From Candidatus Poribacteria bacterium (GTDB lineage Bacteria; Poribacteria; WGA-4E; WGA-3G): DNA of 64,000 bases. Below are positions 62,730 to 64,000 of the stretch, one piece after another (position 1 is the first letter of the stretch; the number at the start of each line of letters is the position of its first letter). The position numbers and the translations under genes were made by a program. The DNA is taken from the NCBI GenBank assembly GCA_012270865.1, contig JAAXHL010000056.1, forward strand, positions 26,292 through 90,291, written 5' to 3'. The notes below the pieces were generated by a model. That model saw only the letters and a program-made list of their open reading frames with translations, made no database searches and was not told the DNA's origin.

Positions 62730-63650
62730 TTATAAGTTTCTATCAATCCACGCCACGACTTTTTCGACCATGACAGGGCTGCCGTCGTCAGAAAAGACGT
62801 GGTCTACACCGGGAAGCTCAAGGAGCTCTGTGTCTTCGTTTGCGAACCGAAGGATGTCGTGACTATCTTCAATCGGAACGATGTCGTCTTCTGTACCGTG
62901 CACCAATAGCCACGGCACGGCAAATTTACTGGCACGTTTTGCGACGCTGTCAATCGTTGCCATATCGTCGATGTATGCCTGTGAGAGCGGACAATCCGGT
63001 TCGTCCCACATGAAACCCTCGTCGGGTACAGCATCGCTGAATTCACGTTCCGCGAACGCTTTGGTATGCACCATCCCGGCAAGCGAAACAAGTGCTTCAA
63101 TGCGTTCATCAATAGCAGCGCGCAGCACACCAACTGCACCGCCCATGCTATGTCCGACGTAGCAGACTTTGTATTCGCTGAGTGCGTCAATGACTTTACC
63201 GAGATCCGCGACCTCTTTGGTAATAGTGGAATCTGTGAATGCGCCCTCGGATTCACCGTTGCCGGAGAAAGAGAAGCGTAAGGCAGAGATACCCGCAGCG
63301 GCAAGTCCTTCTCCTAAAGCGACAAGCGCGGGTCTGTCTTTGTTGCCTGTAACGCCGTGTCCGATCACTACAATCCTGTCGCCTTCACCTTCATGAAAGG
63401 TATAATCAAGGCGTTCACCGTGTTCGTTTCTAATTATTTTAATTTTCCTTGCGGTTCGATTAGGCAGGTTGTATAAATGAAGTGCCTTTTCGTAAATCCG
63501 CCCTCCATTTTGCGGCGTACTCGCCCATAAGCGATCTGCTTCATTACGGGCTATGCCTCTGTTAACTCTCGTTGGAAAGGCTTGCGGTTCGATTAGGCAG
63601 GTCGTATAAATGAAGTGCCTTTTCGTAAATCTGAAGAAATACCCAAGCAA
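62730..63650 (-). CDS. alpha/beta hydrolase (true start probably AUU at 63434)
   Basis: GHSMGG nucleophile elbow and HGTEDDIVP. The first ~72 codons of the track ORF translate the leader repeat. No ATG, GTG or TTG is available near the expected N-terminus. Confidence 0.75.
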   Translation of the reverse strand: MLGYFFRFTKRHFIYTTCLIEPQAFPTRVNRGIARNEADRLWASTPQNGGRIYEKALHLYNLPNRTARKIKIIRNEHGERLDYTFHEGEGDRIVVIGHGVTGNKDRPALVALGEGLAAAGISALRFSFSGNGESEGAFTDSTITKEVADLGKVIDALSEYKVCYVGHSMGGAVGVLRAAIDERIEALVSLAGMVHTKAFAEREFSDAVPDEGFMWDEPDCPLSQAYIDDMATIDSVAKRASKFAVPWLLVHGTEDDIVPIEDSHDILRFANEDTELLELPGVDHVFSDDGSPVMVEKVVAWIDRNL

Positions 63651-63680
63651 AACCCCTCCATTTCATTACGGGCTACGCGT
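63437..63680 (-). repeat. start-proximal leader repeat, two copies (D1, D2)
   Basis: cttgcggttcgattaggcaggt[t/c]gtataaatgaagtgccttttcgtaaatc occurs twice, at 63448-63499 and 63581-63630. The upstream halves (cccgtaatgaa[a/g]...) also match copy B. Confidence 0.8.
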
Positions 63681-63764
63681 TGGCCAACCCTTGCTGACGA
63701 GGCTTGATGAAGATAAAAAATAGATGGATGATATTAGAATTTTCTGATGGACTGTAACAGAAAT

Positions 63765-64000
63765 TTACGAACCCACCGAAACAACTTTCTCTAAGACTTC
63801 TTGAAGGTAGACATCTATTTCTAATTGACGACGCGCTGCGTTCAATGCAATCTGACTGTACAACTCAGGGGTTGTTTCGATCGTGAGTGTACCTGAGAAA
63901 GGTTTATCAGGGATTTTTCCTTGTTCTTCACAGACTTCAAAGTAAACCTCAAGTGACTTCTGCATCTCCGCCCGAAGTTCGGTTACGGATGCCCCATAGA
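63765..64000 (-). CDS. HicB-family antitoxin-like protein, 5'-truncated by the window end
   Basis: ...GASVTELRAEMQKSLEVYFEVCEEQGKIPDKPFSGTLTIETTPELYSQIALNAARRQ. The frame is open to base 64000. Confidence 0.65.
   Translation of the reverse strand, partial: YGASVTELRAEMQKSLEVYFEVCEEQGKIPDKPFSGTLTIETTPELYSQIALNAARRQLEIDVYLQEVLEKVVSVGS

Overview
The window looks like a chromosomal segment of an uncultivated heterotrophic bacterium. The gene content (several Gfo/Idh/MocA oxidoreductases, five xylose-isomerase-like TIM-barrel genes, DUF4159, a PmoA-like DUF6807 protein, a BlaI-type repressor) resembles PVC- or Poribacteria-like marine genomes, but that placement is only an inference. About 65 protein genes can be supported; I saw no rRNA, tRNA or CRISPR array. 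Housekeeping and metabolic genes include infA, coaE, hisA, modABC, a cysteine synthase, a CDF transporter, part of a sugar ABC transporter, and a sulfite-oxidase-like molybdoenzyme next to a Rieske protein. Between them are accessory genes that look AT-richer by eye:
- a DUF4041/T5orf172 protein;
- a degenerate EF-Tu paralogue placed divergently to a DUF1828-type fusion gene;
- a RelE/ParE-type TA pair whose toxin lacks a canonical start codon;
- a HEPN/MNT pair;
- an orphan N6-adenine methyltransferase;
- a co-directional island with a 1001-aa nuclease-methyltransferase fusion, a 118-aa ORF and a DUF2971 gene.
The strongest unexplained signal is in a BlaI-headed operon of three paralogous TPR-TlpA thioredoxin genes. 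Two of its ORFs are joined by a single in-frame TGA at a thioredoxin-type active site, followed by a SECIS-like hairpin, which makes a candidate Cys-Sec selenoprotein. The intergenic regions are unusually structured: they hold several families of oriented palindromic or nested repeats, plus a roughly 90-nt element that recurs immediately upstream of start codons. Three ORFs appear to start at AUU or AUC behind good Shine-Dalgarno sequences. All family assignments come from motif recognition by eye; no searches were run.
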